Assembly (NCBI GenBank): GCA_965235115.1
Contig: OZ249436.1
Location: 46,812,001-46,876,000, forward strand
Origin: Laetmonice hystrix
Lineage: Eukaryota
Direction of reading: 5' to 3'
DNA: 64,000 nucleotides
Positions within the stretch are counted from its first letter, which is position 1. The number at the start of each line of letters is the position of its first letter. The notes below the pieces were generated by a model. The model searched no databases and was not told the DNA's origin. It saw nothing but the letters and a program-made list of their open reading frames with translations. The position numbers and the translations under genes are program-made. This document shows positions 1 to 11,247 of the stretch, one piece after another.

Positions 1-1890
1 TTGATCAATGACTCAGTAAGCGTACCGTACTGTGATACAGAATATCCCGACATGTTTGATCAATGACTCAGTAAGCGTACCGTACTGTGATACAGAATAT
101 CCCGACATGTTTGATCAATGACTCAGTAAGCGTACCGTACTGTGATACAGAATATCCCGACATGTTTGATCAATGACTCAGTGTGACCGTACTGTGATAC
201 AGAATATCCCGACATGTTTCATCAATGACTCAGTAAGCGTACCGTACTGTGATACAGAATATCCCGACATGTTTGATCAATGACTCAGTAAGCGTACCGT
301 ACTGTGATACAGAATATCCCGACATGTTTGATCAATGACTCAGTAAGTGTACCGTGCTGTGATACAGAACATCCCGACATGTTTGATCAATGACTCAGTA
401 AGTGTACCGTACTGTGATACAGAATATCCCGACATGTTTGATCAATGACTCAGTAAGTGTACCGTGCTGTGATACAGAACATCCCGACATGTTTGATCAA
501 TGACTCAGTAAGCGTACGGTACTGTGATACAGAATATCCCGACATGTTTGATCAATGACTCAGTAAGCGTACCGTACTGTCAGAATATCCCGACATGTTT
601 CATCAATGACTCAGTAAGCGTACCGTACTGTGATACAGAATATCCCGACATGTTTGACCAATGACTCAGTAAGTGTACCGTACTGTGATACAGAATATCC
701 CGAGATGTTTGATCAATGACTCAGTAAGCGTACGGTACTGTGATACAGAATATCCCGACATGTTTGATCAATGACTCAGTAAGCGTACCGTACTGTCAGA
801 ATATCCCGACATGTTTCATCAATGACTCCGTAAGCGTACCGTACTGTGATACAGAATATCCCGACATGTTTGATCAATGACTCAGTAAGCGTACCGTACT
901 GTGATACAGAATATCCCGACATGTTTGATCAATGACTCAGTAAGCGTACGGTACTGTGATACAGAATATCCCGACATGTTTGATCAATGACTCAGTAAGC
1001 GTACCGTACTGTGATACAGAATATTCCGACATGTTTGATCAATGACTTAGTAAGCGTACCATACTGTGATACAGAATATCCCGACATGTTTGATCAATGA
1101 CTCAGTAAGCGTACCGTACTGTGATACAGAATATCCCGACATGTTTGATCAATGACTCAGTAAGCGTACCGTACTGTGATACAGAATATCCCGACATGTT
1201 TGATCAATGACTCAGTAAGCGTACCGTACTGTGATACAGAATATCCCGACATGTTTGATCAATGACTCAGTGTGACCGTACTGTGATACAGAATATCCCG
1301 ACATGTTTCATCAATGACTCAGTAAGCGTACCGTACTGTGATACAGAATATCCCGACATGTTTGATCAATGACTCAGTAAGCGTACCGTACTGTGATACA
1401 GAATATCCCGACATGTTTGATCAATGACTCAGTAAGTGTACCGTGCTGTGATACAGAACATCCCGACATGTTTGATCAATGACTCAGTAAGTGTACCGTA
1501 CTGTGATACAGAATATCCCGACATGTTTGATCAATGACTCAGTAAGCGTACCGTACTGTGATACAGAATATCCCGACATGTTTGACCAATGACTCAGTAA
1601 GCGTACCGTACTGTCAGAATATCCCGACAGTTTGATCAATGACTCAGTAAGCGTACCGTACTGTGATACAGAACATCCCGACATGTTTGATCAATAACTC
1701 AGTAAGTGTACCGTACTGTGATACAGAATATCCCGACATGTTTGATCAATGACTCAGTAAGCGTACCGTACTGTGATACAGAACATCCCGACATGTTTGA
1801 TCACTGACTCAGTAAGTGTACCGTACTGTGATACAGAATATCCCGACATGTTTGATCAATGACTCAGTAAGCGTACCGTACTGTGATACA
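1..1890. repeat. 55-bp tandem minisatellite (~34 copies, truncated by window start)
   Basis: Unit ttgatcaatgactcagtaagcgtaccgtactgtgatacagaatatcccgacatgt repeats with few variants; each unit contains TGACTCA. Confidence 0.97.
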
Positions 1891-2564
1891 TGACCTCCTC
1901 CACCTCCACCTCCATCCCCAACCAGTGAGGGATTTTCAGGGGTGGCACGATGACCATGAATGCGAATGGGGGGATCAGGGCTGGACTGAGGGCAATCATA
2001 TTTACCCCTCTGTATACCCTCTGTATGGTGAAGGACCAGGCTGAGCGGGTGATAGGGGATGAGAATTATTGATTACTAGTGGGGCAATCTGTGCTTTCAT
2101 CGCATCCCCAATCACGGCTTGGTGCACACACCTCTGGACGGGGGTCGGGTGAAGCACTACACCCCCTAACTCTATCACTGGTTTCTGGGTGAACCACCCG
2201 CACCCTGCATTGTCATGATATGTGGGGCCAGCCGGGGGACCTGGGGCCGAGGAACTGCGGACAGGGCCGGGGGTCCAGGGGTCGGGTCTGGTCTGAGATA
2301 AATTTGCAAACATGCAGGTAGCTATATCGGAAGTAGTTGCAATTTTTCGGAAATAGTTGCAATTTTTCGAATATCAAATTGTTTCCCTTTAAACACGAAG
2401 ATCACTACAGGGAATTTGATTTATTACATTCCATATCGATTTTTCACATGTCAATGTTTTTCCCAAGTGCCTGGACTCCTTTCCTTGCGAGAAATAAGAT
2501 CCGTTCTACTACACTCGTACTCGCAATGGTCCTAGAACAGACGTTTATTGTCCGACTGTGCCTT

Positions 2565-2752
2565 GGGCGATCGACAGGACGAACCTCGTCCTCCAGGGCG
2601 ATCGAGAGGACGAACCTCGTCCTCCAGGGCGTTTAACAGGACGAACCCCGTCCTCCGGGGCGATCGACAGGACGAACCCCGTCCTCCAGGGCGATCGACA
2701 GGACGAACCTCGTCCTCCAGGGCGATCGACAGGACGAACCACGTCCTCCAGG
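2565..2752. repeat. 31-bp tandem repeat (~6 copies)
   Basis: Unit gggcgatcgacaggacgaacctcgtcctcca; explains the overlapping repetitive ORFs. Confidence 0.93.
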
Positions 2753-3325
2753 CTTGTTGTACGTCCTTTAGACAACCCTGAGCACTAGAAGCAGGACGTT
2801 TGGTCAGAGCTATAACCTGGGTGCTCACTGCGGGAATCTGGCCACACTGCAGCACACGCAGGAGGGGAGACGCCGCTGCAGGCTGCATGCCGGCCAAAGA
2901 CAACCGATCCTGGACAAACGATTTTAACTTTCCTTCACCTGATCTCTCAAAACAACCGCTAACCGTTACAAATCTAACCGTCCCGGGGAGCGACCTGTCT
3001 TTTTGTCTTTCTAAATCCACATACATGTGTATATGTAAAATACTGGCACTGCGGAGAAAGTACTGAGAGCAACATGTCTTCTAACATTTCCATCTCTCTA
3101 CAGGTCGTACAGGTCAGCGGCAGCCTCGATCCATTTGGCAGAGGTGATGTATTAAATCCGGGCTTATGTCGCTCGGTCATCACCTAGAACCGGGGATCGT
3201 GGCAGAGATCAGAAATGTGTCTCTGATCATTCTAATACTGGCTCCCTTGATACAGATCACATGTCGGTGACAACAGGCAGCGGTCAATCCGCGACCTCTG
3301 CCATGCGGGAACTCCTGGCGGCTGT

Positions 3326-3895
3326 CCGATCGTCATAAACCTAGTGTGACCGTTATGCAAGCTGACCGATCGTCATAAACCCAGTGTGGACGTTATGCAA
3401 GCTGACCGATCGTCATAAACCCAGTGTGAATGGAATGCAAGTCTGGCAGGATCCCCAATCCTGGCTACCGACCGATTGCCATAAAACCCGTGTGAACAGA
3501 ATGCAAGCTGACCGATCGTCATAAAACCCTGGGTGAATAGAATGCAAGCTGACCGATCGTCATAAACCCCGTGTGAACAGAATGCAAGCTGGCCGATCGT
3601 CATAAACCCCGTGTGAACAGAATGCAAGCTGACCGATCGATATAAACCCTGTGTGAACTGAATGCAAGCTGACTGACCGTCATAAACCCCGTGTGAGTAG
3701 AATGGAAGTCCGACAGGATCTCCAATCTTCGCCGCCGACCAACTGTACTAATCCTCATGTGAACGGAATGCAAGCCAACCGATCGTACTCAACCCCGTGT
3801 GAACGGAATGCAAGCCAACCGATCGTACTCAACCCCGTGTGAACGGAATGCAAGCCAACCGATCGTACTCAACCCCGTGTGAACGGAATGCAAGT
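3326..3895. repeat. ~40-bp degenerate tandem repeat
   Basis: Unit gaccgatcgtcataaaccccgtgtgaacagaatgcaagct with interruptions. Confidence 0.9.
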
Positions 3896-4290
3896 CTGGC
3901 GGGATGCTCATCCACGGACCAGATTTCCTTGGGTATGGTATACGGTTAAGGTTATGATTAAGGCTAGCGTTATTAAAATATATTGGAAACACATCACATT
4001 TAATATACATATATCTACCAGTCCATTGGACCGGCATTTAGGGATACCGGCCCGTTTGACCTGCATTCCAGGGGCACTTGGAAATTTGTTACGCTATTTT
4101 AAGAGTTGATCAGTGTTGACCAGCATGACCTGCAGCGCCCATGGTCTATCTGACCGGCTGTGTGTGTGAACGCCACGGCCAGCCATGTCTTCCAACAAGG
4201 TCGGAGGCTCTTTCATCGCCAGAGCCCTGATTATCACCTATTTTCCGCGCCCAATAAGTCACTACCAATCCAATTAACGGTCACCACCGG

Positions 4291-5118
4291 CCGTGCAGGC
4301 CTCACAGACCGCGGTGCAGGCCTCACAGACCGCGGTGCAGGCCTCACAGACCGCCGTGCAGGCCTCACAGACCGCGGTGCAGACCTCACAGACCGCGGTG
4401 CAGGCCTCACAGACCACGGTGCAGGCCTCAGACCGCGGTGCAGGCCTCACAGACCGCGGTGCAGGCCTCCCAGACCGCGGTGCAGGTCGCACAGACCGCG
4501 GTGCAGGCCTCACAGACCGCGGTGCAGGTCGCACAAACCGCGGTGCAGGCCTCACAGACCGCGGTGCAGGCTTTACAGACCGCGGTGCAGGCCTCACAGA
4601 CCGCAGTGCAGGCCTGACAGACCGCGGTGCAGGCCTCAGACCGCGGTGCAGGCCTCACAGACCGCGGTGCAGGCCTCACAGACCACGGTGCAGGCCTCAC
4701 AGACCGCGGTGCAGGCTGTGCAGGCCTCACAGACCGCGCTGCAGGCCTCACAGACCGCGGTGCAGGCCTCGCAGACCGCGGTGCAGGCTTCAGACCGCGG
4801 TGCAGGCTTTAGACCGCGGTGCAGGCCTCACAGACCGCGGTGCAGGCCTCACAGACCGCGGTGCAGGCCTCACAGACCGCGGTGCAGGCCTCACAGACCG
4901 CGGTGCAGGCCTCACAGACCGCGGTGCAGGCTTCACAGACCGCGGTGCAGGCCTGGCAGACCACGGTGCAGGCCTGGCAGACCGCGTTGCAGGTCTCACA
5001 GACCGCGCTGCAGGCCTCACAGTCCGCGGTGCAGACCTCAGACCGCGGTGCAGGCCTCACAAACCGCGGTGCAGGCCTCACAGACCGCGGTGGAGGCGGT
5101 GCAGGCCTCACAGACCGC
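4291..5118. repeat. 21-bp GC-rich minisatellite
   Basis: Unit gtgcaggcctcacagaccgcg, with 19-bp variants that shift frames; source of the 382-aa and 293-aa repetitive ORFs. Confidence 0.96.
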
Positions 5119-5286
5119 TGTTCGTAGGGACTGCTGTTGGTGGACGTATGAAAGTCAGAACACAGCAAGGGTAGATCTCGCACGGTCGCACTTCCACTAC
5201 CCTATTCCTGGCTCCAACCATAAACTTAACCTCTACACGTGGAAATGTTACAAAGGGGGTCGGGGTTATTACCCAGTCAAGGTCAG

Positions 5287-5422
5287 GGCCCGGTTTCAGA
5301 AACGTTAGCATGATCTTAACTTAAGCTCTGCTTAGCCTTTTAGGACCCTTGATTGGCTGGTCCTCTGCTGCTCAGCTTCAACCAGCAAGTTAAGGTCATG
5401 CTAACCTTTCTGAAACCGGGCC
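5287..5422. mobile_element. MITE, PIF/Harbinger-like
   Basis: TIR ggcccggtttcagaaa...tttctgaaaccgggcc, extended internal inverted repeat, 3-bp direct repeat CAG on both sides. Confidence 0.85.
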
Positions 5423-7919
5423 CAGGAATCGGGATCATTGGGACCCTTGGCTAAGACTGACCTTGACGACAGAGGGCGTCTCCGTCGATCACTGGCCGCC
5501 AGCCCGGCTCTGTATTGGACAGTCGTAACTGAACCGTAATGTGCTATTTACAACTATGCTTTCCCCTTCTTTCTTGTTGATCATAGCTCCGTTATCTTCC
5601 TTTGACAACTTTACCATGTTTAGCCATAAAGGTGGCTTTAGCTACTGATCCGTCCTCAAACCAACACTCGATCACTCACCCACTCGGTGGTCGAGTGAGC
5701 ATGGGCGTTCAATTCCAGTATACAACTTTACCCCGGACATTCTGGAAGTAACTGGGTTACGCCTGCGGCCAGTGCATCTAAACAATATCACTCACTCGCC
5801 TTTCTACATTTATTCTACGACCACAAAGATTGGAAACTACCGTTCATATATCGTTAGGCTTCAATTATTCCTACTAATCAGATTAAAAATTGAGAAGGCC
5901 AAAATGTGCTGACAATATTGTACCAAGCGATAACCTTTTGCGATAAAACAAAACGATTTGATTCCGATTCGAGCTGTGTTATACCGTTTTAATGGTCTGA
6001 CAAATGGGCACGTGGGATATCGTAGGTTGTAATTCGATACTACCACCTCATCCCACGTCGGGGGGGGGGGGGAGAGATCTTTATGTCTCCATAAATCATT
6101 AAATAGTTCATAACAACACAATTATATCTTTAATCGTTTCTGTCAGGTATGTCGTGATGCCCTGATAACACCTAAGATATCGAATGAGGGTTGAGGATCG
6201 ACCTATATTATGAGGGCTCGTTTCACACAGGCCATTTAGGGCGTAAATAAAGCCTCATCTCAGGTTTGACCTTTTCAACACCGACATATCTCTTTATATC
6301 AATGAAGGAAATGATATACTCTTTCCTTCTTTTTTCAAATATTTTATTTTATTTTGGTATGTTGAGTTAGTTTCTACTATGACTCTGTCCTCTTCTCAAA
6401 TATTTTATTTTATTTTCGTATCTGTGTTGTTTTAGAATCGTTTTCCCACTGATCTTCTTTTTTTTTCTTAAAGCATTTCATCGTGTTAACTAGGGGTTGT
6501 TGGGCGAGGCTATCCCAGGTAGGCCCCCATCATCCCCACGTGAATGGCTGAGCGCCCCCCCCCCCCCCCCCCACCTCCTTCGTACCCGTCCATGGATCCT
6601 GGGCCTGCGACTTTGTAAACATTCTCGGCACATAGATCCACAGCCGTGGGTAAAATCCCCACGAAACCTGGGGGTAAGAATTACAAGTTTATCACCCTTC
6701 CTGGCCCCAAACATAACCCTAACCCTTTACCCCTGGTCTCAAGACCTCCTCCAAAAACTTGTCCCGATCCCCGGCCCTGCCCCTAGCCGTAAAAATCCTC
6801 CACATTATGGCGGCAATGGCAGCACGGGGAGTCGAGCCATGGACCTACTGGTGCAGTACACTTGAAACACATCAACAGCTAACACCAAAACAAATCTGAC
6901 CTGCTTACTAACAGCTCGCCATGAACTGGGCCGCCAAGTGTTTGGTCGACATGTTAAACATAGCATGAGTTATGTCAGACCTACTTAGAAACATCACAGA
7001 AAACTAACCCAAATATTATCACAATACTTCGCACCGACAGCTGCAGTTTGGGGGAAAAGAAGAGTGTTTTTCTCAAAGGACAACATTTTGTGTTTCTCCC
7101 ACTCCTTGAGTCGTGTCTTCACTAAGCGCCTTTTCTTAAAAACACGAAGTCTGTGATTAACCACGTTATCTACCCTAAGAACGTTGTTACTTTTTATCCT
7201 TTTTTTCTTTCTTTTTGTTGTTGATAGAATGATTCATCTCGCCAGCCGATGACCTGTGAATGAGCTTCCAGAGCTACTTTCTGTTTCAGCCTGGCGTCAT
7301 TTCGAAGTAACACCAATCACGAAGGGTATCTGTAAATGACCCAAGACTGGGTCCACATTATTCTTCCATTGGACCACTTTACGGATCCCCGGAACATGAA
7401 ACGATCAAAGTATACAAGAATTGTATAATCGTGTTAAAGGAGCCTCGTTATATTCGCTGACAGTTCTACAAGTTGAACGTTCAGTGAATCGGAACCGCTC
7501 TGTGACCAGATCCCCGGTTGACTTGCTATGATCTGGTTGACTCCCCCTGACCTGGTTAACACCGGCACCCACCCCTCCAATCCCTCGGACGCCGACACCA
7601 CCCACAGACACTCCACATGACTATGTCTGGTTGGGATCACTTGATTTGGTTGAGCACCTGTGGCACACTGTTATAAACACAGCCCTGACAGCAGGCCGCC
7701 AGCAGGCCATGTGGTTCTCTTACACCTATATCATAGAAATCCTTCACAACATCACGACAATCAATGTTGGTCAAATATTATACATAAAATCCAACAATAT
7801 TTGTACATAGCAATACGTCTTCCATTCCCTTGGAGCACAGCTGAGTTATTCTTTGACCCAGCTACTTACGAGAACTGCACAGACAAAAAGGTTATAGGTA
7901 GAGATATAAAGGCCCAACC

Positions 7920-8615
7920 CTCCTGTTACTGAGGCAGCCATGGTTAGACTGACCCAGACCTCCTGTTACTGTCTGAGGCAGCCATGGTTAGACTGACCCA
8001 GACCTCCTGTTACTGTCTGAGGCAGCCATGGTTAGACTGACCCAGACCTCCTGTTACTGTCTGAGGCAGCCATGGTTAGACTGACCCAGACCTCCTGTTA
8101 CTGTCTTGAGGCAGCCATGGTTAGACTGACCCAGACCTCCTGTTACTGTCTGAGGCAGCCATGGTTAGACTGACCCAGACCTCCTGTTACTGTCTGAGGC
8201 AGCCATGGTTAGACTGACCCAGACCTCCTGTTACTGTCTGAGGCAGCCATGGTTAGACTGACCCAGACCTCCTGTTACTGTCTGAGGCAGCCATGGTTAG
8301 ACTGACCCAACCCTCCTGTTACTGTCTGAGGCAGCCATGGTTAGACTGACCCAACCCTCCTGTTACTGTCTGAGGCAGCCATGGTTAGACTGACCCAGAC
8401 CTCCTGTTACTGTCTGAGGCAGCCATGGTTAGACTGACTCAGACCTCCTGTTACTGTCTGAGGCAGCCATGGTTAGACTGACCCAGACCTCCTGTTACTG
8501 TCTGAGGCAGCCATGGTTAGACTGACCCAGACCTCCTGTTACTGTCTGAGGCAGCCATGGTTACACTGACCAACCCTCCTGTTACTGTCTGAGGCAGCCA
8601 TCGTTACACTGACCC
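7920..8615. repeat. 44-bp minisatellite (~16 copies), degenerating to ~8800
   Basis: Unit ctcctgttactgtctgaggcagccatggttagactgacccagac. Confidence 0.96.
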
Positions 8616-9061
8616 ATGTTACTGTCCATGAGGTAGTTAGGTTTCCACTGACCCACACCTCCTGTTTTGGTTTATGACCTCACAAAATTGCCTATGAGTT
8701 AGCTAGGCTTCCACTGGCCCAGACCTGGTTCGGTTTATGAGGTAGCTAGGCTTCCACTGGCCCAGACCTGGTTTGGTTTGTGAGGTAGACAGGCTTCCCC
8801 TGGCCTACAACTCTCTGAGACAGCTCGGACTCCATCAACGTCAACTCCATTGACTGTCAGAAGACTCGACACAGAACGGGCTGCCTCGACATCAAAATCT
8901 CATAAATCTCTCCTTGATTAGAACCATGTGACCATCAACAGCGACAAAAGGTCAATAAAAAGGTTTTGTTATTGTCCCATCTGGTCTGAAGTACCTCTGC
9001 CAGTGTTTGATGTCTATATCTAAAGATAGCCAGACCACATCCACCTATCGCCAGAGATCTG

Positions 9062-9186
9062 GAGCCTTATTCACAAAGCACACGCAAGACTTGCGGACCT
9101 GCAAAACTGTTATCCTCCAGCTGTTTTCATACATGTAATAGTTTTGCAGGTCCACAAGTCTTGCGTGTGCTTTGTGAATAAGGTTC
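9062..9186. mobile_element. Palindromic MITE, PIF/Harbinger-like
   Basis: gagccttattcacaaagcacacgcaagacttg...caagtcttgcgtgtgctttgtgaataaggttc near-perfect hairpin, flanked by CTG on both sides. Confidence 0.85.
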
Positions 9187-9430
9187 CTGCCCCGGCGCCA
9201 TACCTGAAGGTGAGACGGGTGGCGACTGGGTCAGTGACTTCAGGCACGCTGTCTGCCAGATTGGAGGGAGATGAGACCACATTCCGTTTGTACGATTAGA
9301 AACTACCGTACTTACTGAATTCAGTGCAAGAAGTTGTATACATCCATTTCATCTTTGAAAGAAGGTTGCATGACGAACAGTTAATACAGCCTACATTCAT
9401 GCATTCTACTATGAAGCAATAGCAGCACAC

Positions 9431-10207
9431 AGCTGCAGCTAGCAACTGAAACCCCTAACTTCGGTTCCCAGACTTCCCTAAAACTTATCACTATCTCTAA
9501 CCCTAACCTTGGTCCCCAGACTTCCCTAAAACGGGTCCTATCTCTAACCCTGCCCTACCTCTAACACTAATTCCTATCTTTAACACTAATTCCTATCTTT
9601 AACATTAATTCCTATCTCTAACACTAATTCCCATCTCTAACACTAATTCCCATCTCTACTAATCTCTAACACTAGCTGCAGCTAGCAACTGAAACCCATA
9701 ACTTCGGTTCCCAGACTTCCCTAAAACTTATCACTATCTCTAACCCTAACCTTGGTCCCCAGACTTCCCTAAAACGGGTCCTATCTCTAACCCTGCCCTA
9801 CCTCTAACACTAATTCCTATCTTTAACACTAATTCCTATCTTTAACATTAATTCCTATCTCTAACACTAATTCCCATCTCTAACACTAATTCCCATCTCT
9901 ACTAATCTCTAACACTAGCTGCAGCTAGCAACTGAAACCCATAACTTCGGTTCCCAGACTTCCCTAAAACTTATCACTATCTCTAACCCTAACCTTGGTC
10001 CCCAGACTTCCCTAAAACGGGTCCTGTCTTAACCCTGCCCTACCTCTAACACTAATTCCTATCTCTAACACCAATTCCTATCTCTAACACTAATTCCTAT
10101 CTCTAACACTAATTCCCATCTCTAACACTAATTCCCATCTCTAACACTAATACCTATCTCTAACACCAATTCCTATCTCTAACACCAATTTCTATATTTA
10201 ACACTAA
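9431..10207. repeat. Higher-order repeat: three 243-bp units with internal 19-bp subrepeats
   Basis: agctgcagctagcaactgaaacc recurs at 9431, 9674 and 9917; subrepeat ctctaacactaattcctat; taaccc-like motifs. Confidence 0.92.
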
Positions 10208-10916
10208 TTATCCCGTTCCTCCGACTGAGGAACGGGATCCTGAAATTGTACGGTTTGGGTGTACACTATTATTATTATTATTATTGTTGTAGTTAAGGTC
10301 GGGTCAATATCTCCCTCAGTTTTCAAGATATCTGGATGAAACTTTCAGGCTAGATACATCATGACATGGAGACCTCAACATATGATGGAATATGTCATAT
10401 GACGTCATGACGTCATGTTATGACGTATTATGTTTGGCAACTTTGAGATCACGTGGTACACTTCCAGTCAGAGATAGACAAAAGTTATTCATGTCATCTC
10501 ACTTAGGACTTGTACCTTTATCATTTACCACATACATTTGACCTTTGACCTTTGACCTTTCTGACATACAGGTCAAGCCATAGAAAACAGTCAAAATCTA
10601 TCTACTCCTTCATTTTTTACAGAATCTTCTCCAAATTTGATTTATAGCTTCATCATAGTGGGGCGGATCGATTGATGGCAGTTTTTTTAAAAATATTACG
10701 TCATATCGCTGAGTCACGTGACTTTGAATTTTGTCTATTTTGCATGTAATGAGGAAGTTCGTGGAATTTCGTTGATATCTAATGATAATGGCATAATTCT
10801 CTTCTACTAGGCGTCCTTTATAAGCCTGCTATGACGTAACGATGGTATGACGTAACACACAGTTCTCTACCACTATGGTGATTCATTTACAGCAACACTC
10901 AACAAATTGAGTGGGT

Positions 10917-10988
10917 GCCCGGATGGCTTAGTGGTAGAGTCTATGATCTTCATGCCAGAGGTCTCGGGTTCGAATCCCACCTGTGACA
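10917..10988 (+). pseudogene. tRNA-derived sequence (degenerate tRNA/SINE head), copy 1
   Basis: GCCCGGATGGCTTAGTGGTAGAG (A box) ... GGTTCGAATCCC (B box) with tRNA spacing, then T-run; acceptor and anticodon stems do not pair. Confidence 0.75.
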
Positions 10989-11175
10989 AAAGATTTTTTC
11001 ATTTTTTTATATATGTTCTACCTCCGGTAATCTTGGTAAATAGCTCTCTTACAATAGGGGACCTTTTTTAGCCTGGTATGGCTTCTCCCCGGTATGATGA
11101 AATTCATCGTTGTTTACTTCTATGCCAATGGCAATGGTCATTCATTTATTGCAGGACTCTACTGATTGTGTGCGT

Positions 11176-11247
11176 GTACGGATGGTGCTGTGGTAGAGTG
11201 TAGGACTTTCTTGCCAAGGGTCGTGTATTCGAATCCTACCCATGGCA
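11176..11247 (+). pseudogene. tRNA-derived sequence, copy 2 (more degenerate)
   Basis: GTACGGATGGTGCTGTGGTAGAG...ATTCGAATCCT then T-run; 259 bp after copy 1 with similar upstream flank. Confidence 0.65.

Noticed and set aside
1..1890. CRISPR-like array (also considered for the 19478, 26085 and 47255 arrays)
   Set aside because: Units are head-to-tail with no unique spacers, no cas genes, and the context is eukaryotic
2002..2313. 103-aa Pro-rich minus-strand ORF as PKA-RI exon 2
   Set aside because: Lacks the RRGA/RRGG inhibitor site and any RI linker similarity
4160..5308. 382-aa and 293-aa ORFs
   Set aside because: Translations of a stop-free 21-bp minisatellite, open in several frames on both strands, with frame-shifting unit variants
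10917..10988. Functional tRNA gene
   Set aside because: A and B boxes are present but acceptor and anticodon stems cannot pair; kept as tRNA-derived sequence
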